IMG/VR virus record: IMGVR_UViG_3300034062_000705
Span: 1 to 27,084 of that record
DNA: 27,084 bases
DNA from: a virus
Taxonomy: Duplodnaviria > Caudoviricetes
Direction: 5' to 3' (one strand)
The translations under genes and the position numbers were made by a program. This document shows positions 8,545 to 16,746 of the stretch, piece by piece (positions within the stretch are counted from its first letter, which is position 1; every line of letters begins with the position of its first letter). Under the pieces are notes generated by a model. That model saw nothing but the letters and a program-made list of their open reading frames with translations. It was not told the origin of the DNA and ran no database searches.

Positions 8545-9999
8545 TTACGATGCAACGCCGTGTAGGTTGTCTACGCGGAAGATGCGGTAGTAAAGGTTGG
8601 TGCGTGGTGCTAGACGACCAGCACCAGAACTAACGCCTTCAGCGAAGGGGTTCGCAACCATGCCGTAGCGGGTCTTGAACGCAATCTTGGGCTGGAAGGT
8701 GCTGGTGTCAACTGCACGCATCATCTGTAGCGGGACATAAGGGCAGTAGAACAGACCCGCATCATACGGGCTGGTTCCCTTATAGCCGACGCAGACAAAG
8801 TTGCCGTTAGAAGCAGCAGTGCTGTCAGAGTACGGATCAATGTACACCTTGATCTTGCCATTGAGTGTACCAGCAAAGGTGTTGCCAGTGTCATCAACAT
8901 CAAGGCTGACATTCAGTGCAGGGCTGATGTTGAGGAAACCGCCCATTGCGAGAGCACTTGCAACATCTGCCGAGCAGATGATGAAGTTGCCCTTGCCACG
9001 ACGGGTATCCTTGGCAATCTTGTTGCACTCACGCTCAATCTGGAACATGAGTCCACGGAACTTCTCAGCACTCCAACGACCGTCAGAGTCCTGAATAAGA
9101 TCGTATACGCCACCCACGCCACCTGCACCAGTGGTTAGACCACCACCAACAGCCTTGTAGTACAGGTCGGTCTGCTGTGCACCGAGTTTAGCAGTACGAT
9201 AGACATTACGAACTACTTCGCGGTTGATTTCAGACAGAATTTCTGTGCTGAGAATGTTAGCGAGTTCGGTTTCAGCGTCTAGACCGTGAACAGCCTTGAG
9301 GTCTTGAGCGAGTTCTACGCTGTATGCAGCAGCGAGAGCGCGAGTGTTAGCCTGTACAGCCACACGCTCAATGCTGAAGCCCATTTCATTGGGAGTTACG
9401 CCTTCGCCATACGAAGTGCTCATACCGATACCTTGAGTTAGACCAGTATTGCTGGTTGGATCGCCAATGTTTGGATAACCAAGGAATGGATCAACGAATC
9501 CAAAGGTTCCACCTAGACCACCAGTTGCACCAGTTGCACCAGCACCACCAGTGTGACCACTGAAGTTCTGTGCAGCAGTGCCGCCTGCGAATGCAGAATC
9601 AGGCTCATTGAACAGGGCTTCTGCTCCGTGAGTGCTGCTGTCCTTGGTTGCGTACTTGCTACGCATGGCGAAGATTAGACCTGTGGGAGCAGACATAGCC
9701 TGAACGCCACAGATATCGTAAGCCATTAGGTTGGGCATGGCGCGACGAACCAACTGGATTAGAATTGGATCGTAGCCCTTGATGTTGCCTTCGCTGCCAA
9801 CAACAGGCGACATACCAGTACCAGCAACATTGGCGGGACCTTCGGCTAGCATCTGCTGACGAACTGCTTGCTCCTGATTCTCTAGGAGGGTGGCAGTTAC
9901 CGCACGGCGGTGCGGATCGGTGATCGCAGCCATGTCGGCGTGATCTAGAACGGGCTTCCACTTACGGAGAGCCTGTTCGGTTAGCATCTTGTTTTCCAT
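8545..9999 (-). CDS. gp23: Major capsid protein
   Basis: KW.PVLDH, YDPILI.LVRRAMPNL.AYDICGVQ.M..PTGLIFAMRS, ELAQDLKAVHGLDAE.ELANILSTEI..EINREV, GRWS.EKF.GL, YDAGLFYCPYVPL, FQPKI.FKTRYG. Confidence 0.98.
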   Translation of the reverse strand: MENKMLTEQALRKWKPVLDHADMAAITDPHRRAVTATLLENQEQAVRQQMLAEGPANVAGTGMSPVVGSEGNIKGYDPILIQLVRRAMPNLMAYDICGVQAMSAPTGLIFAMRSKYATKDSSTHGAEALFNEPDSAFAGGTAAQNFSGHTGGAGATGATGGLGGTFGFVDPFLGYPNIGDPTSNTGLTQGIGMSTSYGEGVTPNEMGFSIERVAVQANTRALAAAYSVELAQDLKAVHGLDAETELANILSTEILSEINREVVRNVYRTAKLGAQQTDLYYKAVGGGLTTGAGGVGGVYDLIQDSDGRWSAEKFRGLMFQIERECNKIAKDTRRGKGNFIICSADVASALAMGGFLNISPALNVSLDVDDTGNTFAGTLNGKIKVYIDPYSDSTAASNGNFVCVGYKGTSPYDAGLFYCPYVPLQMMRAVDTSTFQPKIAFKTRYGMVANPFAEGVSSGAGRLAPRTNLYYRIFRVDNLHGVAS

Positions 10000-10064
10000 C
10001 GTAGTGTCTCCTTTGGTTGTTTAACAGTCGGAATTGACTGGAAAGTGTTAAGAAAAAAGTGAAA

Positions 10065-11204
10065 TTATTCCTTGCTCTTGCTCATGGACTTGAGGTAAGC
10101 CTCCATGAGCGGAGAAGCCTCTGTTTCGGAACCTTCCTCGTAAGACTCCTCAAGGGACTCCTCTTCGGTAGCGGTTTCGGTTACGGTTCCAAGTTTCTCA
10201 ATGTTCTCGCGGAGAACAGCGAGTTTCTCGGCAAACTGCTCCACAGAATCAAATTCCACGCTCTCAGCGAGTTCGCGGAGTTTCTGAGTCTCGGTGTCAG
10301 TTAGACCTTCAGCCATTTCGCGGAACAGGAGTTCGCAACGGAGTTGTTCGCACTCTTCGTTGATCTCCATGTTCTTGGCAACCTGACCGTCTAGTTCACT
10401 CTTGAGGCTCTCGTAGTCCTCAACAGTGGACTCAAACAGATCAAGTTTCTCTTCGGGAATTTCAATGTACGACTCGGCAAACACGCCCTTGAGACGCTCA
10501 ATGAATCCCTCAGCGATTTCGGTGCGAAGACCGTTGCTGACAGCCAAACGGTTCTCCTGCATCCACTCTTCCACCACATAGTTGAGGTACTCGTCAATAC
10601 GCTCAACCATTTCTTCGGTGACGGCGAGGGTGTGCTCTTCTAGCAGAGTCTCATACTTGGCTTGAATCTCTTCCTCAATCTCGTTGGTACGAGACGCAAG
10701 GTGAGCCTCAAACAAGGTGGCGGCTTCAGTCTTGAAGTCTTCGCTGAGTTCCTTGCCAGCGAACAAGGTTTCAATGCTCTCCTTCATGGACGGCTTCTCT
10801 ACCTTGCTACTGGCTGCGCTTGGCTTGGCCTTGATGGTGCCCATGTTCTTGCCAGCGTTAGCGTTGTGCGGCTCGGCAATCTTGGCACCCTTCTTGTTTA
10901 CATCGTGGGTAATCTTGGTGTCAGAGTAGTCAGAAGCGGCTTCCTTCATGGACTTCTTGGACGGCTTCTCGTCTTCCTCTTCGTCCTCGTCTTCTTCCTC
11001 TTCGTCTTCTTCTTCCTCGGACTCCTCTTCGTCCTTGGCTTCGTCTAGGTCTTCCACTTCCTCCTCAACCACTTCCTGCTCGTAGCCCTCTTCCTCGGCT
11101 TCGGTAGCCTCGGTGGGTTCTTCGGTGGGTTCAGGGTTTTCCGCAAGGAAACCTTCGCCTAGAATTACCTTCTTGATGACATCTTCTATCTTTTCGTTAG
11201 CCAT
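10065..11204 (-). CDS. gp22: Prohead core scaffold protein
   Basis: Highly acidic coiled-coil protein between gp21 and gp23; LSEDFK..A.TLFEA, YLNYVVEEW..EN.LA...GLR.EI.E.F, and C-terminal M.AY. Confidence 0.93.
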   Translation of the reverse strand: MANEKIEDVIKKVILGEGFLAENPEPTEEPTEATEAEEEGYEQEVVEEEVEDLDEAKDEEESEEEEDEEEEDEDEEEDEKPSKKSMKEAASDYSDTKITHDVNKKGAKIAEPHNANAGKNMGTIKAKPSAASSKVEKPSMKESIETLFAGKELSEDFKTEAATLFEAHLASRTNEIEEEIQAKYETLLEEHTLAVTEEMVERIDEYLNYVVEEWMQENRLAVSNGLRTEIAEGFIERLKGVFAESYIEIPEEKLDLFESTVEDYESLKSELDGQVAKNMEINEECEQLRCELLFREMAEGLTDTETQKLRELAESVEFDSVEQFAEKLAVLRENIEKLGTVTETATEEESLEESYEEGSETEASPLMEAYLKSMSKSKE

Positions 11205-11227
11205 GACTGGAGTTCTCCTTTAGAATA

Positions 11228-11235
11228 TATGTAGA
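11228..11235 (-). promoter_or_regulatory. Possible variant late promoter box (TCTACATA) for gp22
   Basis: Lies in the short gp21-gp22 gap, upstream of SD AAAGGAG; differs from the TAAATA core by one base. Confidence 0.45.
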
Positions 11236-11239
11236 CGCT

Positions 11240-11884
11240 TCAGAGTCTTGAGATGAAGTCTTTGAACAGGTTCATTGCCTGCTCTTCTAGTTTGCGGGAC
11301 GGGGTATTTTTGATTACCTTCTTGTACTGTTCAATAACTACAGGCTTGAGAACCCCATTATCCCAAATCCATTCCTTGCCTTCCATGATACCGTTCACAA
11401 ACGCATTGGGTGCGGAGGGATCAGCCACCACATCCACTGCTGCAAGCATGAAGTCTTCTTGCACCACATTGACTCCATCCTGTTCCTTGAGGCTACCCAT
11501 GCCACGGGACGAAACGCCTAGTTTGGCTCCTTCGTCAATCAGATTCTTTACAATCTTGCCGTAGGGGGTGTCCATGATCTTGGCTTCACCAATAATCTGC
11601 TTGCCGTCCACGGACAGATTCTTGATGATGTGCGACACGCGCTCTAGGTTCACGGTTGGGCCTTCGGGATGCCCAAGTTCACCCATAGCACGGTTCTGCT
11701 TTACATACTCGTTATTGTAGCGACCGATTTCCTTGTCCATAATAGCCCCAGGATACACGCGACCGTTACGGTTCTTGGTATCCGATTCCATGAATACACC
11801 CTTAATGAAATAATTCTTCTGACCGTTCTTTTCTTCGGTCAAGACTTGAATTTCACTCTGGGTTGTTTCGGTGATGAGTTTCAT
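11240..11884 (-). CDS. gp21: Prohead maturation protease
   Basis: MKLITE, I.G.FM....KNRNGRVYP, GELGHP, NL.RVSH, GVSSRGMGSL, D.VADPSAP.AFV.GIME. Confidence 0.96.
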   Translation of the reverse strand: MKLITETTQSEIQVLTEEKNGQKNYFIKGVFMESDTKNRNGRVYPGAIMDKEIGRYNNEYVKQNRAMGELGHPEGPTVNLERVSHIIKNLSVDGKQIIGEAKIMDTPYGKIVKNLIDEGAKLGVSSRGMGSLKEQDGVNVVQEDFMLAAVDVVADPSAPNAFVNGIMEGKEWIWDNGVLKPVVIEQYKKVIKNTPSRKLEEQAMNLFKDFISRL

Positions 11885-12147
11885 TAGTTGCCTTCAGCCT
11901 CTTCGTACATGGACGGCTTTTCGCTCTTGGTCTTCTTCTTCTTGGTTTCTTTCTTGTCTTCGCCGTCCTCGCCATCGCTGTAGATGCCCATCTTCTTGTC
12001 TTCGTTGAAAAGGGCTTCAGCAAGACCAACACGCTCTTCGTCTAGCAGGAGCGAAGCCTTGGCGTACAGGTTCTTGAAAACGCTTTCCTTAGCGTCCACA
12101 TAGTTCTTCTCTAGCAGGGCTTTTACGATCTTCTTGTTGATGTCCAT
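11884..12147 (-). CDS. Small prohead core protein (gp67-like)
   Basis: 87-aa charged helical protein between portal and protease, with SD AAGGAG and several L-x-E candidate gp21 sites. Assigned mostly by position. Confidence 0.65.
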   Translation of the reverse strand: MDINKKIVKALLEKNYVDAKESVFKNLYAKASLLLDEERVGLAEALFNEDKKMGIYSDGEDGEDKKETKKKKTKSEKPSMYEEAEGN

Positions 12148-12171
12148 AGGTTCTCCTTGTCAGACCTTATT

Positions 12172-12179
12172 TATTTAGT
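12172..12179 (-). promoter_or_regulatory. Late promoter box (ACTAAATA) for gp67-like/gp21
   Basis: Intergenic TACTAAATAAATA upstream of SD AAGGAG. Confidence 0.7.
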
Positions 12180-12218
12180 ATTCGCTGTATTTCTCGCCTA
12201 TTAGAGAGGGTTGAAATA

Positions 12219-13916
12219 TTATTCCTTGGGATTTCCAAACTCGTCCTCGTCCTCGTCGCCACCCACAATTTCACCAATTGTTACCTCGGGTTCTGGAGCA
12301 GAAGCAGCACCTTCAGGGGCAGCACCGCCCTCGGCAGAAGCACCACCAACCGCCTCAACTGGGGTCATTTGCCCTTCGGGAGACACAATCTTGCCCTCTG
12401 CCATTTCCTTCTTGATGGCATTGTCAATCTCTTCAATGTCTTCCGCAGTCTGCTTTAAAATATGCCGACGCACAAAATCGCGGGAGTAGTACTTGCCAAC
12501 AAAGTCTTCTGCGTCTCGTGCAGACTGTAGACGGTCTTTGAGAATTTCGCTCTCTTTGAGTTCGCTGAAATGGGAGTCTTTGTTGAACTTGAACGCAATC
12601 TTGGGTTCAATGTCTTGCCACTCGTCTTCACGAATAATACCCTTAAGTACCAACTGGATACGGAGCAGATTCAAGAACACTTCCGAGAACTTCATGCGAA
12701 GTCGTTCCACAAACTTGAAGAATTTTACTTCATCGCGGCTAATTTCAGACGCACGACCAATGTTGAAGCCTGTGCTTTCCTCTAGGCGAGAAGTGGGTAC
12801 ATTAAGAGACTGGAACAGTTTCTTTTGGAAATACTTGACATCTTCCATTTCACCAAGATTCTGTCCACCCTGTAAAGTACTGACTTCTGTGCCCTTGCCG
12901 CCTTCACGACGAGGCATCCAAAAGTCTTCAAGCATGGACAGGTGCTTACGGGTATCGTTCATCTCACCTGTATTGGGATCGTACATGAGTTTGTTACGAT
13001 ACCGCTGCATGAGTCCACGCACATATTCTTCTGCTTTTTGCTTGGGTAGATTGCCCACATCCACATAGAAAATACGGCGTTCAGGAGCACGGGCTAGACG
13101 GTAAATGATTACCGCGTCCTCAATCATACGCAACTGATTGAGTGCCTTGATTGCCTTGTGTAGATAACCCACAATTTTCTTGCGACGAGAATCGTACAGT
13201 CCGCTGTGAATAAAGCAGATGGCATCAGGATTAATCTTAAGTCCATCCAGTGTCATGGTGGACGAAGCCTGATCTTGTTCGCTGTAGATGTAGAACTCTT
13301 CTATTTCAGAAACAAGATTTACACCAAGTGGAGCGTTTGCCATCTTGCCACCGCTGGTATTTGCGGTGAGTGGCTTCTTCTTTACTTTGCGAACCTTACG
13401 AATTCTGGTTGGATCAATTGGACGCAGTTCAAGAATGCCTTTCTTCTTGTTCTTCTCGTCAACAATAATATGGTAGTACAAACGGCTGTCTATGTACCAC
13501 TTGCGAAACACTTCGTAGCCACGACGAGTAAAGTCTAAAAGATTTAGAACTTCGTGGAACTCGTCCTCAATCTTGTCCTTGATGCTCTTGTTTTGTTTGA
13601 CTGCTGACACATCAATCTTTACAGCGTCTAGTGTGTCGTTGTAAACAATACTCTCGTTGCAAATATCTGCAATAGCACTTTCACACTCGGGGTGGAGTGC
13701 CATCTCACGATATTTGTAGATGAGTTCAATGTCAGACTTTACAGAGCCGTCAAAGTCAACATACGCTCCGAAATATCCACCCACTTCAATGGGAGTGGCT
13801 CCGTCATCGTAATCTGGGGGCACAAAAGAAACGGGCTTCTTGAGGAGTTCCTCCGCAGAAGCCGCGTCCTTGCCATCCTTTTTACCGATGCTAAAGCCGA
13901 ACAGGTTGATAGCCAT
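12219..13916 (-). CDS. gp20: Portal vertex protein
   Basis: LFGFSI, YREMA.HPE.E.AI..I.NE, FR.WY.D.R, YLHKAIK..NQLRM.EDA..IYR..RAPERRIFY.DVGNLPK.KAE.Y, MLEDFW.PRREGG.GTE..TL.GGQNLG. Confidence 0.97.
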   Translation of the reverse strand: MAINLFGFSIGKKDGKDAASAEELLKKPVSFVPPDYDDGATPIEVGGYFGAYVDFDGSVKSDIELIYKYREMALHPECESAIADICNESIVYNDTLDAVKIDVSAVKQNKSIKDKIEDEFHEVLNLLDFTRRGYEVFRKWYIDSRLYYHIIVDEKNKKKGILELRPIDPTRIRKVRKVKKKPLTANTSGGKMANAPLGVNLVSEIEEFYIYSEQDQASSTMTLDGLKINPDAICFIHSGLYDSRRKKIVGYLHKAIKALNQLRMIEDAVIIYRLARAPERRIFYVDVGNLPKQKAEEYVRGLMQRYRNKLMYDPNTGEMNDTRKHLSMLEDFWMPRREGGKGTEVSTLQGGQNLGEMEDVKYFQKKLFQSLNVPTSRLEESTGFNIGRASEISRDEVKFFKFVERLRMKFSEVFLNLLRIQLVLKGIIREDEWQDIEPKIAFKFNKDSHFSELKESEILKDRLQSARDAEDFVGKYYSRDFVRRHILKQTAEDIEEIDNAIKKEMAEGKIVSPEGQMTPVEAVGGASAEGGAAPEGAASAPEPEVTIGEIVGGDEDEDEFGNPKE

Positions 13917-13942
13917 AATATAATTACCTTTTCAAAAGGGCT

Positions 13943-14548
13943 TCAGAAGCCCTGACCGAAGTTGATACCAAGACCTTGTAGTACGGCTCCTAGACCGCTG
14001 CCACCAGTAGCGGGAACTGCTGCCCCAGGAGCGGCTTCCCACCACGAGTAGTTTAGGGTTACGGGGAATTCAGCAATTTGGTCATTGTTCTCGTAAGACA
14101 GATCAATGCTGCCCACATCGCTGGGGAAGCAACCAATGAAATTGTAGGTACGCACAGCCTCACCGTCACGATGGAGTTGAGTAACCGACCAAGTGGGCAT
14201 GAACTCCATGAAGTTACGGGGAGCGGTGTTGGCGGTGTGCTGATTGAAAATGGCACTCCAAGCCTCAAATGCCGAACGGAGAGCGAGGTTGGTATCAGAG
14301 ATCACGGTGAGTGTCCAGTCTTGGAAAACTCTGTCCCCAGGAAGTTTGATGCGACGACCACGGTACGGAACTTCAATGGTTCCGATGGACGAGGCAGGAA
14401 TCTGTGCAGCCTTTACCAAGAAAGAAATTGCTCGGTTGTCTGCGTACCCTGGAATTGACCCGTTGACCACGAATAGATTGGTACGAGCACCACCGCCAGC
14501 GAAGGCGTTTACGAACCCTGAAATATTGTTAGTTGGTTCTACTGGCAT
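13943..14548 (-). CDS. gp19: Tail tube protein
   Basis: GGAR.NLF.V, F..KAAQ.P.S..G.IEVP.RGR..K..GDR.F..WT.TV..D, FP..V..IDL.Y...D.I.EF.V...Y.WW. Confidence 0.95.
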   Translation of the reverse strand: MPVEPTNNISGFVNAFAGGGARTNLFVVNGSIPGYADNRAISFLVKAAQIPASSIGTIEVPYRGRRIKLPGDRVFQDWTLTVISDTNLALRSAFEAWSAIFNQHTANTAPRNFMEFMPTWSVTQLHRDGEAVRTYNFIGCFPSDVGSIDLSYENNDQIAEFPVTLNYSWWEAAPGAAVPATGGSGLGAVLQGLGINFGQGF

Positions 14549-14571
14549 TAGGACTTACTCCTTTTCTCTCT

Positions 14572-14579
14572 TATCTATA
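14572..14579 (-). promoter_or_regulatory. Possible variant late promoter box (TATAGATA) for gp19
   Basis: One mismatch to TATAAATA, in the gp18-gp19 gap upstream of SD AAGGAG. Confidence 0.5.
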
Positions 14580-14582
14580 CGA

Positions 14583-16634
14583 TCAGCCGCCAACTTCGCT
14601 GAAGTTTACGCCAGTCTTGGTGGCAATAAAGTTCAACTGGATAAAGTTGATGCTGCGGGTGGGCTTGACGAAGATATCTGCAACAAACTCGTTGCGGTCA
14701 ATTATTTCGCCTGTGTTGTTGGTTTCATCGCACACCACCTTGAAGTCTGTGATGCCACGACGCTGCTGAACCGTCTTGAGGAACGGAACCACTAGATTCT
14801 TGAATTGAGCACGGGTGAACGCATCGTTCTGCTCAAACAGGAAGAACTTGCTAGCGGTGGCAATTGCCTTCTCAAGAATGATGAACAGGCGACGAACATT
14901 GATACGGTCAAACGCAGAAGGACGAGTCTGCATGGTCTTGTCGCCAAACAGAATTACGCCTTCTCCTGGGAATGAAACCACAGGGTTGATTTGACGGGTA
15001 TACAGTTCGTCACGGTGGGCTTCGCTGGACGGGTTGTACGCCAACTTGACCACACTCTTGACCTGTCCACGGTTGAAGCCTGCGGGCGAGAACCACGCTT
15101 CATTGGTGAACTCGGTACGAGCCACTAGACCTGCAATATCAGCGTTGAGAGGCACTAGACGAACAAGGTTATTGTAAGTGTCTAGTTGATACTTCCAACC
15201 ACTGTCAGCAACAGCGTATGAACTATTTACATTCAATGTGCTATCGCGGAAAGTCTTGATTGCACTAAGTGCTTCGTATGGCTGCTTGTTTTCGATGTCG
15301 GTCTGTGCAGGAGACACGAATGCCATGCAGTCGAGACGCTTCTCGCAAATCTGCTGAATAATGAGTTGTTCAAGAGTTGCAGAAGCGTTTCCTGTTGGAA
15401 GCAGAGACACATCAACGGTGTCTGCGTCTTGGAACAGGCTCCATCCACTAGACCAACGCTCGCTGTCGCTTGGTGCAACTGATGCAGCACCAGTCAATCC
15501 TAGAGAGTTGACTCCAGCACCAACAGCCGATGCGGTGCTTAGAGCAGGTCCAACTGCTGTTGAAAAAGTAGAAGACGCAGAAGTTGCTGTGTTACTATTC
15601 AACTCTTGAGAAAGTGCCCAAACATAATCAGACTGATCGTTGATTACGGTTCGGTAGTAGTTGCTGCTTCCGTCGTAATTACGGGCATCTGAAGCACGAG
15701 ACAAGCCTTCAAACTTCTCCAAAAGATTGTTTGCGGTTCCTGTCCACTTTCCGTCCTTGTCAAACACTAGCACACTCACAAGATCGCCGTTTCCACCAGC
15801 ATCACTTGCGTAATTGGTGGTTGTTGCGCCTGTAGACACATACTTGGCGTATGCACTTTTTAGATCGAAACTATTTCCAGCAGCCTGTGCTCTTGGAAGA
15901 ATAGAAGACAGAAGCAGACGAACTCGTGGTAAACCACTTCCGTCTAAAGTGACTCCGCTGGTTACTCCGAAGAAGTCGCCATTGGTTGGAGTCAATGTAG
16001 TGAAAGTGGTGCTGGCGGTTGTTCCTCTTTGAACTCCACTGATTGTAACAGTAGTTCCGTCAGCAAAAACAACATCATCGCCCACAGCAAAATAACGAAC
16101 TTGGCTCTGTCCTGTGGTGTGCATGTCTATGAAAGTAGCACCGAGAGAAGCAGCAGCAGCCAAAGACGCTCCAGTAATACCGTTTCCGCTTGTAAGCACA
16201 ACCTTTATGCTGTTTCCAAGAACACCTGGATATTTGGATGCAAACAATACTCCGTTAGTTGCAGGAGTAGAAGCGGTAAGTCCAGCACTAGCACCAAAGT
16301 TAGTGGAATTGGTGATGTACAGATTGTTTACAGCAGTTGCACCTGCTTTTGTAACATTAGAATTGTAAGAACCACTACCCACAACACGCACAACCTGCAT
16401 GCTGTTTCCGTACTGTAGGAAGTTGGCAGGTGTAAAGAAGTCCACATAGTTGTTATTGTCGGGCTTCTGGAAAATATTTGATAGTTCACGCTCGTTGGCA
16501 ACAGTCACGATTTCGTTGACTGGTCCCCAGTGGAAATATCCTGCAAAACCGCCAGGTGTGGTTGCTACGGCGGGAACGATTGTGGTCAGGTCTACTTCTT
16601 TGATGCTTACGCCAGGGCTTACTCTAAATCCCAT
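14583..16634 (-). CDS. gp18: Contractile tail sheath protein
   Basis: N-terminal SPGV..KE.DLT and F.WGP; C-terminal WFSPAG.NRG, RD.LY...INPV..FPG.G..L.GDKT, FDRINVRRLF, FE.ND..TR, FVADI..KP.RSINFI.LNF.A. Confidence 0.97.
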   Translation of the reverse strand: MGFRVSPGVSIKEVDLTTIVPAVATTPGGFAGYFHWGPVNEIVTVANERELSNIFQKPDNNNYVDFFTPANFLQYGNSMQVVRVVGSGSYNSNVTKAGATAVNNLYITNSTNFGASAGLTASTPATNGVLFASKYPGVLGNSIKVVLTSGNGITGASLAAAASLGATFIDMHTTGQSQVRYFAVGDDVVFADGTTVTISGVQRGTTASTTFTTLTPTNGDFFGVTSGVTLDGSGLPRVRLLLSSILPRAQAAGNSFDLKSAYAKYVSTGATTTNYASDAGGNGDLVSVLVFDKDGKWTGTANNLLEKFEGLSRASDARNYDGSSNYYRTVINDQSDYVWALSQELNSNTATSASSTFSTAVGPALSTASAVGAGVNSLGLTGAASVAPSDSERWSSGWSLFQDADTVDVSLLPTGNASATLEQLIIQQICEKRLDCMAFVSPAQTDIENKQPYEALSAIKTFRDSTLNVNSSYAVADSGWKYQLDTYNNLVRLVPLNADIAGLVARTEFTNEAWFSPAGFNRGQVKSVVKLAYNPSSEAHRDELYTRQINPVVSFPGEGVILFGDKTMQTRPSAFDRINVRRLFIILEKAIATASKFFLFEQNDAFTRAQFKNLVVPFLKTVQQRRGITDFKVVCDETNNTGEIIDRNEFVADIFVKPTRSINFIQLNFIATKTGVNFSEVGG

Positions 16635-16734
16635 TGTGGTGTCTCCTTCGTCTGTGAAGCACGGGGTGTGGTGTCGTTACTTCTACTTGTATGTATTATT
16701 TGGATTTTTCCTGTGGCTACGCCACGAATCCTTA

Positions 16735-16742
16735 TATTTAGC
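16735..16742 (-). promoter_or_regulatory. Late promoter box (GCTAAATA) for gp18
   Basis: Located 4 nt after the gp17 stop, at the start of a roughly 100-nt leader. A second candidate, AATACATA, lies at 16690-16697. Confidence 0.6.
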
Positions 16743-16746
16743 CCCG

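Noticed and set aside
10950-11140. Low-complexity (tct/tcc/tcg)n DNA resembling a repeat array
   Set aside because: It is the poly-Glu/Asp tract of scaffold gp22, not a CRISPR or non-coding repeat.
8467-12219. Absence of gp68, gp24, hoc and soc from the head cluster
   Set aside because: The gp23-gp3-uvsY order without these genes is common in non-enteric T4-like phages, and they may lie outside the window.
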